Positions 26,066 through 36,499 of a DNA stretch of 64,000 nucleotides are shown in pieces. The position numbers and the translations under genes are program-made. The stretch's first letter is position 1. Every line of letters starts with the position of its first letter. The notes below the pieces were generated by a model, which ran no database searches, had not been told where the DNA came from, and was given only the letters and a program-made list of their open reading frames with translations. Location of the stretch: positions 1 to 64,000 of the forward strand of contig JBJHCF010000017.1 of the NCBI GenBank assembly GCA_050506795.1. Reading direction: 5' to 3'. Source of the stretch: Opitutia bacterium. Its GTDB lineage: Bacteria > Verrucomicrobiota > Verrucomicrobiia > Opitutales > T3Sed10-336.

Positions 26066-27316
26066 ATGGTCAATGAGGTCACCGTCGTATTCCTGATTCT
26101 CCTGTTCGCCAAAACCGGAGTCGAACTCTGGTTGGACGGACTCAATCGCGCCCAGGTACGGCGGTATGCGGACGCGCCACCCGAGGCGCTCAAGGAGGTC
26201 ATGCCGGAGGCCGCCTACCGTCGTTCAGTGGACTACACGCTGGCCCGCAATCGATTCGGGGTGGCGGAAACCATCTGGTCGGCGATCGTGCTGGCGGCGG
26301 TGATATTCAGCGGCGTGCTGCCCTGGTTCTATAATCTGGTTGTGGGTTCCGGGGCGATTTCCGTATGGCGCGAGGGGCTCTTTTTTGTGGCGATCCTGAT
26401 CCTGCTCAGCCTGCCGGGCCTGCCCTTTGAATGGTGGAGCCAATTCCGGCTGGAGGAGCGTTTCGGATTCAACAAAACGACCCTCAAACTCTGGATCACC
26501 GACCGGATCAAGGGGCTGGCGGTCGGTATTCTGATCGGTTATCCTCTGATCTGCCTGCTCCTGGCCCTGGTCGGATGGGGAGGCGATTACTGGTGGGTTT
26601 GGGCTTTTTTGGTTTTCTTCGTCTTTCAACTGGTCATGATGGTGTTGTATCCCATGTTGATTATGCCCCTGTTCAACAAGTTTTCCCCCTTGCCCGAGGG
26701 CGAGTTGCGGCAGCGTCTGATGGACCTGGCGGATCGGACCGGTTTTAAGGCGAAGACCATCCAGGTTATGGACGGCAGTCGTCGATCCACCCATTCGAAC
26801 GCCTTTTTCACCGGCTTCGGCCGGTTTCGGCGCATCGTGCTTTTTGATACCCTGATCGAGCAATTGGACAAACCCGAGTTGGAGGCGGTGCTGGCGCACG
26901 AAATCGGTCACTATAAAAAGGGACACATTCCAAGGATGCTGGCACTGTCGGCGGTGATGGTGCTGATCGGGTTCTGGGCGATCGCCTGGCTGGCGGACAG
27001 CGCCTGGTTCTACCAGGGATTCGGCTTCGATCCCGAAGCCTCCGGATTGGCGCCGGCGTTCCTGCTCTTCGCCCTTCTCAGCGGTCTGGTCACCTTTTGG
27101 CTGTCCCCGCTGTTCAACCTAATGTCGAGGAAACACGAGTACGAGGCGGACGCATTTGCCAGGGACGCCGTGGGTGATGCCGCCCCGTTGATCGGAGCGT
27201 TGCGTAAACTGTCGGAGAAGAACCTCAGCAACCTGACGCCGCATCCGCTTTTCAGCGCCGTGCATTATTCGCACCCGACGCTGGTCGAACGGGAGACTTC
27301 GTTGCGTCAGGCCTGA
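26066..27316 (+). CDS. M48 family zinc metallopeptidase (Ste24-like)
   Basis: Multiple TMs; MDGSRRSTHSNAFFTG; VLAHEIGH; HEYEAD; YSHP. Confidence 0.95.
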   Translation: MVNEVTVVFLILLFAKTGVELWLDGLNRAQVRRYADAPPEALKEVMPEAAYRRSVDYTLARNRFGVAETIWSAIVLAAVIFSGVLPWFYNLVVGSGAISVWREGLFFVAILILLSLPGLPFEWWSQFRLEERFGFNKTTLKLWITDRIKGLAVGILIGYPLICLLLALVGWGGDYWWVWAFLVFFVFQLVMMVLYPMLIMPLFNKFSPLPEGELRQRLMDLADRTGFKAKTIQVMDGSRRSTHSNAFFTGFGRFRRIVLFDTLIEQLDKPELEAVLAHEIGHYKKGHIPRMLALSAVMVLIGFWAIAWLADSAWFYQGFGFDPEASGLAPAFLLFALLSGLVTFWLSPLFNLMSRKHEYEADAFARDAVGDAAPLIGALRKLSEKNLSNLTPHPLFSAVHYSHPTLVERETSLRQA

Positions 27317-28272
27317 TGGGGTGCCGAAGTTCCAGTCGGCCAAATCGAACCTGGTTCGCGGCCGCGGTTGCCTGCGCGGTGGGCCTGGCGGTTCTGCTGG
27401 CGGGATCGCTTTCCGCGGCGGAAACGATCCGGGTGGCGACTTACAACGTCGAGAATTACCTGGTAATGGACCGGTGGGTGGACGAGCAGGACCGCTGGCG
27501 GCCGGCTTATCCCAAGCCGGAATCCGAGAAGGCGGCGTTGCGCGCGGTGATCCTTGAGGTGGCTCCCGATGTCCTGGCGCTGCAGGAGATGGGTTCCCCG
27601 CCGTTCCTGGAGGAGTTGCGGCGCGACCTTCGACGGGAGGGATTGGATTTTCCCTATGCCCACGTTTTGCAGGCTGAGGATGAGGTGCGCCACGTTGCGG
27701 TTTTGTCGCGGCTGCCGTTTCAGGAGGTGGTGGATCATGTCGATGCCGACTTCCCGTACTTCGGCGAACGGGAGCGAATCAAACGCGGTCTGCTGGAGGT
27801 CCGGTTTGAGACCGCCGGCTTGCCCTGGACTCTGTTCACTCTGCACCTGAAAAGCAAATGGACCGAGCGGGAGGACGATCCTCAAGCGACGGCGAAACGA
27901 ACGGGCGAGGCGACCGCGGCGCGCAACCGTATCCTGGAACGGGTCGATCCGGCGGCCGAAGATCTTTTTCTCATCGCCGGAGATTTCAACGATACCCGGG
28001 ACACGCCCCCGCTGCGCCGGTTTCTCCAGCGCGGAGATCTGACTCTGTCCGTGCCGGTGGAGGCGGCCGATTCGCGCGGCCACACCTGGACGCAGCACTG
28101 GGAACGCCAGGACCTGTACAGCCGCATCGATTTTATTTTGATGTCTCCCGCCCTGAGTAAGCGACTTGTACCCGGAGCCCACGGGGTGTATGATGGTCCG
28201 GGTTACCGCATCGCCAGCGACCACCGCATGGTGTGGGCGGATTTCCGGTTCGTGGCGGATGAAGAGTTATGA
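27316..28272 (+). CDS. Secreted endonuclease/exonuclease/phosphatase family protein
   Basis: ATYNVEN, LALQE, HLKSK, AGDFND, RIDFI, ASDH. Confidence 0.92.
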   Translation: MGCRSSSRPNRTWFAAAVACAVGLAVLLAGSLSAAETIRVATYNVENYLVMDRWVDEQDRWRPAYPKPESEKAALRAVILEVAPDVLALQEMGSPPFLEELRRDLRREGLDFPYAHVLQAEDEVRHVAVLSRLPFQEVVDHVDADFPYFGERERIKRGLLEVRFETAGLPWTLFTLHLKSKWTEREDDPQATAKRTGEATAARNRILERVDPAAEDLFLIAGDFNDTRDTPPLRRFLQRGDLTLSVPVEAADSRGHTWTQHWERQDLYSRIDFILMSPALSKRLVPGAHGVYDGPGYRIASDHRMVWADFRFVADEEL

Positions 28273-29477
28273 CCAGTCAGCGTGCCAGCGAGGGAGGGGG
28301 AATGAGCGCCGCGACGGCTTCGCCGTTGTTGCCCGCGGGAGCGTCCCTGCCGCTGGGACTCTACCTGCATGTGCCGTTTTGCGCGGTGACCTGTGATTTC
28401 TGTGCCTTTTACCAGAAACGTCCGGAGAAAGGCGATTTCCTCCGGTTTGTCGATGGCATCCGGCGCGAACTCGACCTCGCCGCTCCGGATCGGCCGGTGC
28501 AGACGGTTTTTTGGGGCGGCGGTACGCCGGGTCTGCTGCCGCCCGAGTACATTCTCGAACTCGGCAAGCTGATCCGGGAGCGCTGCGGCGACGGGCCGGT
28601 GGAATGGAGTGTGGAACTGACTCCCGAGGCCGCCCGCGATGCCAGGTTGGAGGCCCTGAGCGCTATCGGGGTCAATCGCATCTCCCTGGGCGTTCAGTCG
28701 TTTCAACCCCGCCTGCTGGAGGCGATGGGACGCCGCTCCTCGCGGGAAGCGGTGATGGAGGCGTTTGCCCGCATTCGTCGTCATGGGTTCGGCAATATCA
28801 ATCTCGATATGATCTTCGCGTTTCCGGGGCAGACCGAGACGGAGTGGGAGAACGACCTGCGCGAGGCGGCCGCTCTCGAACCCGAGCACCTCTCCACCTA
28901 TTGTCTGACCTTTGAGGAGGATACCGCCCTGTGGGTCAAACTCGCCCGCGGCGAGTTCGTGCGCGACGAAGAGCGGGAAGCGGTTTTTTTCGGCATGGCG
29001 GAGGAAATTCTTCCGCCTTACGGCCTGCATAAATACGAGACTTCGAACTATTCCCGGAGCGGGTACGAATGCCGGCACAATCTCAACACCTGGCGTATGG
29101 CGGAATGGATCGGTCTGGGACCGGCGGCGGCGTCGCAATTTCGTGGACGGCGCGGCGCCAATCCTCCTGACATCGAGAAATGGCTGTCCGACCTCGCCGC
29201 CGGCCGGCGAAGCGCCGAAGACAAGGTAGCTTTGAGCGATGGGCTTCTGGCGGCCGACCTGTTGATATTCGGCCTCCGTCTGACGCGTGGTGTGAGTCCG
29301 GCGGATCTGGAAGCCCGATTTCCGGGGGCGATAACGCATGAATTGCGGGCATTTCTCGACCGGTTGTGTGCGGAGGGATTGGCGCGGAAAGAGGACGAAG
29401 GTCGCCTTTGCCTCTCCGCGCGGGGGAGATTGGTGGTGGATCGAATCGGGGCTGAAATTCTGGAGCGAATGGAATGA
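28269..29477 (+). CDS. hemW: Radical SAM heme chaperone HemW (HemN-like)
   Basis: LYLHVPFCAVTCDFCAF, WGGGTP, RISLGVQSF, YETSNY, CRHN..W. Confidence 0.9.
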   Translation: MTSQRASEGGGMSAATASPLLPAGASLPLGLYLHVPFCAVTCDFCAFYQKRPEKGDFLRFVDGIRRELDLAAPDRPVQTVFWGGGTPGLLPPEYILELGKLIRERCGDGPVEWSVELTPEAARDARLEALSAIGVNRISLGVQSFQPRLLEAMGRRSSREAVMEAFARIRRHGFGNINLDMIFAFPGQTETEWENDLREAAALEPEHLSTYCLTFEEDTALWVKLARGEFVRDEEREAVFFGMAEEILPPYGLHKYETSNYSRSGYECRHNLNTWRMAEWIGLGPAAASQFRGRRGANPPDIEKWLSDLAAGRRSAEDKVALSDGLLAADLLIFGLRLTRGVSPADLEARFPGAITHELRAFLDRLCAEGLARKEDEGRLCLSARGRLVVDRIGAEILERME

Positions 29478-29623
29478 GCGCTTGACGGGGCGTCGTTCCG
29501 GCTTTCGAGATGTTGGCTTTCGGGGGAAGGCCCGGTCGGATCGGGGTCACCGGAAGAAACTCAAAAACGCGGGGCACGTGCGCTCCCGTTGACACTGAAT
29601 ACAGAAGCCAAATCAAAGTTTTT

Positions 29624-30463
29624 ATGAGTAAGGAAAAGGACCAGTCCAACCCGGTGGAACGCGCCCGGGCCTACTACAACAGCGAAGACGCCGATACTTT
29701 CTATCATACGGTGTGGGGCGGAGAGGATCTTCACATCGGGATCTATGAGTCGGATGACGACTCGATTTTTGACGCCAGCCGCCGGACGGTCGAGCGCATC
29801 GCAGGAAAGATCCGCAATCCGGGAAAGGAAATGCGCGTTCTGGATCTAGGCGCGGGTTACGGAGGGTCTATGCGTTACCTGGCGCGTCATTACGGATGTC
29901 GCGCGGTGGCCTTGAATTTGAGCGAGGTGGAAAACGAGCGCAACCGGAGGATGAACAAGGAGCAAGGCCTGGACGAACTGATTGAAGTCGTCGACGGCAG
30001 TTTTGAGCGACTGGATTTCAAGGACAATACCTTCAATGTCGTCTGGTCTCAGGATTCGTTTTTGCACAGTGCCGAGCGCGATCAGGTTCTGACCGAAGCC
30101 GCCCGGGTTCTTAAACCGGGCGGCGATTTTGTTTTTACCGATCCCATGAAATCAGACGATTGCCCGGAGGAGGTGCTGCAACCGATACTGGATCGCCTGC
30201 ATCTGGAGGATTTGGGTTCGCCGGCGTTTTATCAAAACTCGGGCGAAAAGCACGGGTTGCGGCTGCTGGAGCTCGAGGAGTTGCAGGACCAGCTTCCCCG
30301 GCACTACGCCCGGGTGCTGGCCGAACTGGAGCAACGGGAAGAGGAACTGCGGAAGCAAATCAGCGGGGATTACCTCGATCGCATGAAAACCGGACTGCGA
30401 CATTGGATAGAAGGGGGACGGAAAGGGCGCCTCACCTGGGGGATTTTTCATTTCAGCAAATAA
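29624..30463 (+). CDS. Sarcosine/dimethylglycine N-methyltransferase (glycine betaine synthesis)
   Basis: YYNSEDADTFY-x-VWGGEDLHIGIY, VLDLGAGYGG, LNLSEVEN, VWSQDSFLH, FTDPM, MKTGL.HW...LTWG match SDMT enzymes. Confidence 0.85.
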   Translation: MSKEKDQSNPVERARAYYNSEDADTFYHTVWGGEDLHIGIYESDDDSIFDASRRTVERIAGKIRNPGKEMRVLDLGAGYGGSMRYLARHYGCRAVALNLSEVENERNRRMNKEQGLDELIEVVDGSFERLDFKDNTFNVVWSQDSFLHSAERDQVLTEAARVLKPGGDFVFTDPMKSDDCPEEVLQPILDRLHLEDLGSPAFYQNSGEKHGLRLLELEELQDQLPRHYARVLAELEQREEELRKQISGDYLDRMKTGLRHWIEGGRKGRLTWGIFHFSK

Positions 30464-30489
30464 AATCGTCCGCCGGTTCCGGTTGAGCT

Positions 30490-31122
30490 ATGGTTCCTTA
30501 CTCCTCACGACTGAAACGGATCGCCAGCATTCCGCCTTATTGGTTGTCCCGTTGTGTTTACCGTATCCAGCTCTCCGGTGCGGAGCACCTCCCGGCCTCC
30601 GGTGGGGTGGTGTTGGTTGGCAATCACGTGTCCTTTGTTGACGTCGTGGTTTTGCAGGCGGCCTTGCCCCGGGCCATTCGTTACCTGGGCGCCACCTGGC
30701 TCTTCGACCGCTGGTGGTTGCGGCCGTTGATGCGCTGGTTCGAGGTGGTGCCGGTTTCCTCGCTTCGTCCCCGTGAAGCGATCCGGCGTGCCACCGAGTG
30801 TCTGCGCGAAGGCGAGGTGGTGTGTCTTTTCCCTGAAGGCGGCATCAGTAAGGATGGCAGCCTGAAATCATTTCGCCCGGGGTTTGCCCTGATGGCCCGT
30901 CAGGCGGACGCGCCGGTGGTGCCGTTCTACCTCGACGGCCTTTGGGGGTCGATCTTTTCTTTCCACGGCGGGAGATTCTTTTGGAAACTCCCGCGGTCGC
31001 TCCGCCCGACAGTGCGCATCAGGGTCGGACCTCCCTTGGGTCCGGATGAAATGGATACGGAATCGGCGTACCGCCGAGTGCTCGCACTCAAGGCGGAACT
31101 GGAGTCGGACGAATCGGTCTGA
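30490..31122 (+). CDS. 1-acyl-sn-glycerol-3-phosphate acyltransferase (PlsC/Aas-like domain)
   Basis: NHVSFVD, FPEG, GLWGSIFS. Confidence 0.9.
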   Translation: MVPYSSRLKRIASIPPYWLSRCVYRIQLSGAEHLPASGGVVLVGNHVSFVDVVVLQAALPRAIRYLGATWLFDRWWLRPLMRWFEVVPVSSLRPREAIRRATECLREGEVVCLFPEGGISKDGSLKSFRPGFALMARQADAPVVPFYLDGLWGSIFSFHGGRFFWKLPRSLRPTVRIRVGPPLGPDEMDTESAYRRVLALKAELESDESV

Positions 31123-31148
31123 TCGGACGGATCAGACAGATTCGTCCG
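31106..31148. terminator. Hairpin between convergent genes, built from 9-mer repeat units
   Basis: CGGACGAATCGGTCTGATC-GGACG-GATCAGACAGATTCGTCCG, 18 of 19 positions pair. Confidence 0.65.
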
Positions 31149-31149
31149 G

Positions 31150-32682
31150 TCAGTCCGATAAAGTCGGTGTGTGCAGGCTGACGTAGCGTTCCTTGAGGTA
31201 GCGAAGCAGCGGTTCAGCCGAGATTCCCTGGCCGGTGGCCAGCGTTACCAGCTCTTCGGTGTCGAAACGGCGTCCGTGGCGGTGAATGGTGTTCCTCAAC
31301 CATTTGAGAAGCGGGCTGAAGTCTCCTTTCGCCAGCGACTCTTCCAGGCCCGGCAGGATTTCCAGCGCTTTGTACCAGAGTTGGGCTGCGATCAGGTTGC
31401 CGAGTGTGTAGCTGGGAAAATACCCGAAGGCGCCGCCGGACCAGTGGATATCCTGCAGTACGCCTTCGGCGTCGTTGGCGGGTTGGAGCCCTATCAGATC
31501 GAGGGACAGGCGGTTCCATTCCGCGGGAAGCGCTTCCACCTCCAGGTCGCCGGAGAACAGCGCCTGTTCCAGCTCGAAACGAAGCATGATGTGAAGGTTG
31601 TAGGTGACCTCGTCGGAATCAACTCGTATCGGGTTGAGCGATACGCGGTTGACGGCGCGGAGGAGTTCGTCGTCGCTGACGTCCCGCAGCTGTTCGGGGA
31701 AGTGCCTGCGGTAGATCGGCGCGAAATGAGTCCAGAACGCCCGGCTGCGTCCGACCTGGTTCTCCCAAAGGCGGCTCTGCGATTCGTGAATGGCCATTCC
31801 CACCGCTTCGCCGAGCGGTGTGGCGACTTCTTCCACCGGGAGGCCCTGGCAATAGAGGCCATGACCGGCCTCATGCAGCGAGCTGAAAAGGGAGTCGAGC
31901 GGATTGTCCGGGTGGAAGCGGGTGGTCAAACGGGTGTCCTGGCCGTCGCCGGAACAGAAAGGGTGCAGGGAGCGGTCGAGCCGGCCGCGGCGATAATCGA
32001 AACCGATGGCCTCGGTGGCCAGACGCGCGCACCGTTCCTGAGCGGATTCGGAAAATCCTTCAAACAGGCTGGAAGTCGGAGGAGGCGAAGCCTCCAGAAT
32101 TCGCCCGACCAGTTCCAGCAGCGGTTCCTTCAATTGCTGAAAAAGGGACTCCACCTTTTTGGCGGTTACCCCGGGATCGTGCAGGTCGATGTGATAATCG
32201 TAGGGATTGGATTCCCAGCCCTGCAGTGAGGCCTCTTCACGGGCGAGTTCCAGGTTCTTTTTCAGGAAGGGGGCGAATTGGGCGAAGTCGTCGTTCGCCC
32301 GGGACCGGGACCAGGCGTGGTAGGCTCGATTCAGGTGCTCGGTTTTTTCCCGCACAAATCGCGTCGGCAAACGGGTGGCGCGGTCGTAATCGCGACGAAT
32401 CAGCCGGGCCACCATGGCGGAATCGTCGGTGGGCGAAGGGTCGGAAGCCTCCAGGGCCTCGAGGGCGGCGCGCGTCTCGTCGGAAGTGAACGCTTCGTGC
32501 GCCAGTTCCGCCAAGAGCGAACTTTGCTCCGAGCGCAGTTCCGCCGCCTCCGGGGGCAGGCCGGTTTGCTGGTCCCACTCCAACAGGCCCAGCGTGCTCC
32601 GCAGCAGGTAGGTCCGGTGGAGTTCCCGGCGCAGGGCCGTGTAGGGATCATTGGTTGGTTCGTGCGGGCTTGAAGTGCTCAT
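31150..32682 (-). CDS. Carboxypeptidase M32 (Taq-like)
   Basis: LLEWDQQT, HPF, RLTTRF, HEAGH, HESQSRLWEN, IRVDSDE, QDIHW, GYFPSY; start placed at ATG 32682. Confidence 0.95.
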   Translation of the reverse strand: MSTSSPHEPTNDPYTALRRELHRTYLLRSTLGLLEWDQQTGLPPEAAELRSEQSSLLAELAHEAFTSDETRAALEALEASDPSPTDDSAMVARLIRRDYDRATRLPTRFVREKTEHLNRAYHAWSRSRANDDFAQFAPFLKKNLELAREEASLQGWESNPYDYHIDLHDPGVTAKKVESLFQQLKEPLLELVGRILEASPPPTSSLFEGFSESAQERCARLATEAIGFDYRRGRLDRSLHPFCSGDGQDTRLTTRFHPDNPLDSLFSSLHEAGHGLYCQGLPVEEVATPLGEAVGMAIHESQSRLWENQVGRSRAFWTHFAPIYRRHFPEQLRDVSDDELLRAVNRVSLNPIRVDSDEVTYNLHIMLRFELEQALFSGDLEVEALPAEWNRLSLDLIGLQPANDAEGVLQDIHWSGGAFGYFPSYTLGNLIAAQLWYKALEILPGLEESLAKGDFSPLLKWLRNTIHRHGRRFDTEELVTLATGQGISAEPLLRYLKERYVSLHTPTLSD

Positions 32683-32835
32683 CTCGATGTGGTTTCCGGC
32701 GGACCGGGAAATCCTTGAACGATTGTCCCCGGAGGGCCGTGAACATGCGATAAAAAAATCGTTATGTTGCCCTTGATGATTGATTTGCCGCCGTACATGG
32801 GTATCAGTGTTCCTGTCAACAGGCTGAATTTTCCC

Positions 32836-33525
32836 ATGCACGTCATCGGTCCCAAATGTCGCCCAGGTTTCATACCGGCGGATTATGCGTTTGTGGTCGA
32901 GGTGTTGGGGCGCGGTAAGCGGGAGCGCGAGGCTTTGTACCGGCTTCTGGCCGATGATCGCGAACGTGATCGAGTGCTGGATGACGAAGCCCTGTTCCAT
33001 GCCCTCCTGGAGGAGCAACGGCTGCTGTCCGTTTCCGCCGGGTTTTATTTCTACATCATGGTGCGCCGGGTGTTTATCAAGTCAGGCCTCACCGATCGGG
33101 GCATGGCGGACTACGTCGCGTCGGTGTTGACGGAGTTCAGTCGAATGGATCGGGTGCGCCGTCCTGCCGGAGACCGTTTTCCGGTATTGGATTACCTGGT
33201 GGACATGGCGGCGGCCATGGCGGAAGCATCGGAGGAACTGCGTTTCTTTATGGCGTTGCACATCGGTAACGTCGCTCTTTTCCTGGCGGGGGTATTCCCG
33301 GACTACATCCGATATCGGGAGCAACGTCGGGCGGCTCCCGGCCTGCGGTATTACGAATCGATGGGCGAAAGCCATTTGCGAGCGGCCGGGGATCACCACC
33401 TGGCGGACCGGTACGAATTGATGCCGGTGGTGCGGGACCTGGCGGAGGCGTTTCGGCCCGCCCGGCGTGCCTTGAACGATCTGGCGGATCGATTTCTCGG
33501 ATTGGACGAAACCTGGACGCTCTGA
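32836..33525 (+). CDS. Conserved hypothetical protein
   Basis: Coding-like ORF with DYVASVL, YLVDM, HIGNVALFLAGVFP, YYESMG motifs; start placed at ATG 32836. Confidence 0.7.
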   Translation: MHVIGPKCRPGFIPADYAFVVEVLGRGKREREALYRLLADDRERDRVLDDEALFHALLEEQRLLSVSAGFYFYIMVRRVFIKSGLTDRGMADYVASVLTEFSRMDRVRRPAGDRFPVLDYLVDMAAAMAEASEELRFFMALHIGNVALFLAGVFPDYIRYREQRRAAPGLRYYESMGESHLRAAGDHHLADRYELMPVVRDLAEAFRPARRALNDLADRFLGLDETWTL

Positions 33526-33608
33526 ACGGTAAAAGCCGTTTCTTTGCCAGCGGCGGTCTGCTATGAATAATTCCGGCTAAAAGGTTGCGTCCGGATCACC
33601 GGGGCTGA

Positions 33609-35318
33609 ATGATAACCGGTCAGAGCACGCCGATCGGTTTGGTGTCTGGATCGGCCGCTGTTTGTCTGGATGTCATGTTGAAAGATTCTCCGGAGTCATT
33701 GCTGGCCCGTTCTCTCGGTAATAGCCTGGCCCCTTTTTTGGCTTCGCTTCCCGATGGCGTCGTGGTGTTGGACCGCAACGGCGGTCTCATGGGAAGCAAC
33801 GCACTGGGACAGAGACTCATGGGTTTGCATTCGGTGGCTCCGGGGGTTTCCTGGCGGGAGGCATTACTGGCGCCGCCGCCACCACCAGCCCTGGGGTCGT
33901 TTATTGAGGATGCCCTGGGCGGCGGCGCCGGGGAGGAATGGATGGAGTTTGGGCTGGGGCCGGGAGTGGGCGCCGCCGAACGTCGGGCGCGAGTCCGGGT
34001 GGCGCTGCTTCCCGGAGGTGAAGCCAAAGACGAATTGGTGGTGTTTTTCCTTCGCGAGATCGATCACCCGGAGTTGGCGAAATCCCAGCGTCAAGTGCTC
34101 CGCAGGCACCCGCGCGAGGAACGGGTGGAGGAGGAGTTGCTTCTTGAGCGCTCCATGTTCGAACAGCTGATGGATACGGTTCCGGACAAGATTTTTTTCA
34201 AGGACCTGGAGGGACGTTTTTTGCGCATCGGCCGGGCGCATGTCTCCCAGTTCGGGCTCAAGAGCGCTTCCGAGGCGGTGGGTCGAACCGATTTCGACTT
34301 TTTCGCCGAATCGTACGCGCGGGAAACGCAGCGTGGGGAACAGGAGGTCATTCGCACCGGGAAACCGATGATCGGCAAGGAGCACAAGCTGGCCCTTGCG
34401 GATGGCACCGCCTTCTGGGTGAGCGTGACCAAAGTGCCGTTGCGCGATCCGCGAGGTAAGGTCATCGGTATTATCGGAGTGGCTCATGATATTACCGAGC
34501 GCAAGATGGCCGAGAAGAAACTGCGGCAAAAGAACGAAGAAATGCAGGCGGATCTGAAGATGGCTTACGAAGTCCAACAGTCCCTGCTTACGCTGCAGTA
34601 CCCGGATTTCTCAAAAACCTCCGGGCCTTCCGGAATGGGATTGCGTTTTGAACATTGTTACCTGCCGGTTTCGACCCTGGCGGGCGATTTTTTCGAGATA
34701 TTTCGGATCTCCGACTCCCAAGCCGGCATCCTGATTTGTGACGTGGTGGGGCACGGCGTGCGAGCCGCCCTGGTAACCGCATATCTGCGAGGACTGGTGG
34801 GTGAGATCATGCCATCGGCGGTGGATCCGGGTGCGTTTCTTTCCGGTATTAACGAGGGGCTTTTGCCGGTTTTGCGACAGGCGGACTCCCCGATGTTTGT
34901 CACGGCTTTTTTCGGAGTGGCGGATATTGCCCGCGGCGAATTCCGGTACTCCAATGCCGGGCATCCCCTGCCTTACCTTCAGCACGCGGGAGGTGAGGTG
35001 GTTCGCCTGAATCCTTCCGCCGGCGACCCGGAGCCCGCCCTGGGTCTTATCGATGGTTTTTCCTACACGGCCGTCAGTGAGGCCCTCAAGGCGGGAGATC
35101 GGCTGGTTCTTTTCACCGACGGCTTATTCGAGGTGGAAAGCGCTCGCGGGCAGTGCTTCGGAGAGCACCGGATCGAGGAGCAGTTGCGCCGGAATCCCGG
35201 AGTCGCGGCGTCGGACCTTCTCGATCTCCTGACCGGCGCGGCCTGCAGTCACGCCGACTCGGATACCTTTGCCGACGATGTCTGTATCGTGGTGGTGGAT
35301 GCGGTGGAAGGCCGGTGA
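33609..35318 (+). CDS. PAS-domain SpoIIE/RsbU-type Ser/Thr phosphatase
   Basis: PAS (PDKIFFKDLEGRF...GRTDFDFF...HDITERK); PP2C (AGDFF, ICDVVGHGV, NAGHP, LFTDGL, DDVC). Confidence 0.92.
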   Translation: MITGQSTPIGLVSGSAAVCLDVMLKDSPESLLARSLGNSLAPFLASLPDGVVVLDRNGGLMGSNALGQRLMGLHSVAPGVSWREALLAPPPPPALGSFIEDALGGGAGEEWMEFGLGPGVGAAERRARVRVALLPGGEAKDELVVFFLREIDHPELAKSQRQVLRRHPREERVEEELLLERSMFEQLMDTVPDKIFFKDLEGRFLRIGRAHVSQFGLKSASEAVGRTDFDFFAESYARETQRGEQEVIRTGKPMIGKEHKLALADGTAFWVSVTKVPLRDPRGKVIGIIGVAHDITERKMAEKKLRQKNEEMQADLKMAYEVQQSLLTLQYPDFSKTSGPSGMGLRFEHCYLPVSTLAGDFFEIFRISDSQAGILICDVVGHGVRAALVTAYLRGLVGEIMPSAVDPGAFLSGINEGLLPVLRQADSPMFVTAFFGVADIARGEFRYSNAGHPLPYLQHAGGEVVRLNPSAGDPEPALGLIDGFSYTAVSEALKAGDRLVLFTDGLFEVESARGQCFGEHRIEEQLRRNPGVAASDLLDLLTGAACSHADSDTFADDVCIVVVDAVEGR

Positions 35319-35326
35319 ACGACCGA

Positions 35327-35355
35327 ATCTCAATTTTCAGTTTGAAATTTGAGAT
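35327..35355. terminator. AT-rich hairpin between convergent genes
   Basis: ATCTCAATTTTCA-GTT-TGAAATTTGAGAT, 12 of 13 positions pair. Confidence 0.5.
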
Positions 35356-35365
35356 CTTCAGGGCG

Positions 35366-36496
35366 TCACAGGCGTTCGATACGCAGGAACATCCAGATTC
35401 CGACGGCCTGGAACAGGAGATTGGGGAACCACACCAGAATGTCGGGGCGCAGGCTGGGACGGGTCTCGAACCAACCCACTGCGATGACGAGAAAATAGAA
35501 GACCATGGCCAGACAGAGGGCGATTACCAGATTGGATGAAGTTTCTTTTCGCTGAATGCGGATGCCCAGAGGCACGGCCAGCAAGGCGAGCGACAGAACC
35601 GAGAACGCCATGGCGAACCGTTCCTGGATGCTGAGTTGAATACGGATCAGCTGTGCGAAATGGTCTGCTCCGGGCTCGGTTGCCTGGTGTTCGCGTCGAG
35701 CGGTGACGATTTCGTTGAATGTCATATCCCCCAACCGTTTGGATCGCGCGCGTCCTCCCAGAATGTCACGCAGGGGCAGGCGTATCGCGGTTTGCTGGAT
35801 CGACGGCGCCGGGCGCCCCTCTCGTAAATCCTCCAGGTCGCTGTCGCTGCGGATTTCGGCGTACACCTCCCTAAGGATGAGGAGGATTGACTCGGTGGCT
35901 TCCTCGTAGTCGAGGACCGCTTCCTCGGCGTGCAGGAAACGGGAAACCATGCGGCCTTCACCAAGTTCCCAAAGCCACAGATCCCGCAACTCGTTTTCCC
36001 GTTTCTCCCCCACGTAAATCACGTATCCGGGAAAGTCCCTGACGAAACGGCCTTGCACGAGGTAATTGAGCGGGTTCTCGCGGATGGATTGGCTGAGGTC
36101 TTCGCGGTATTGGGCGCGGGCGTTGGGAGCGTAGTAGAAGTTGATGGTGACTGAGAAAGCGACCCCCAATACGGCAAGGAAGAACACCGGAGCGGATATC
36201 TGAAGGAGGCTGATTCCGGCCGAACGCATGGCCGTGATTTCGCGCTGGGCGGAAAGGCGTCCCAGCACCAGCAATACTCCGGTGAGAATGCCCAGGGGGA
36301 GCGCATAGGCGATCACGTAGGGAACGAGCAGGGAAAGCAGACGGAAAAACAGGGGGAAGCTGAGCTGGCCGTCGGTGAGCAACCCGATGACATCCTTCAG
36401 CACGTTGCCCACGATCAGCAGGAAGGCGAAAATACCGACGGCGAGCAGGCTGGCCGCCAGGAGGCTTTTGAAGATATAGCGATGGAGGAGGTTCAT
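35366..36496 (-). CDS. lptF: LptF/LptG family permease (LPS export)
   Basis: LLHRYI; LP...L..GRLSAQREITAMRSAGIS; LAVPLGI; VWFPNLL. Confidence 0.85.
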   Translation of the reverse strand: MNLLHRYIFKSLLAASLLAVGIFAFLLIVGNVLKDVIGLLTDGQLSFPLFFRLLSLLVPYVIAYALPLGILTGVLLVLGRLSAQREITAMRSAGISLLQISAPVFFLAVLGVAFSVTINFYYAPNARAQYREDLSQSIRENPLNYLVQGRFVRDFPGYVIYVGEKRENELRDLWLWELGEGRMVSRFLHAEEAVLDYEEATESILLILREVYAEIRSDSDLEDLREGRPAPSIQQTAIRLPLRDILGGRARSKRLGDMTFNEIVTARREHQATEPGADHFAQLIRIQLSIQERFAMAFSVLSLALLAVPLGIRIQRKETSSNLVIALCLAMVFYFLVIAVGWFETRPSLRPDILVWFPNLLFQAVGIWMFLRIERL

Positions 36497-36499
36497 CGA

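Noticed and set aside
32683..33018. N-terminal extension of the M32 ORF (similarly for the ORFs starting at 1612, 7232, 15362, 29510, 52221)
   Set aside because: The extensions overlap other genes or promoter DNA and precede the first family motif or signal peptide, so downstream ATGs were chosen.
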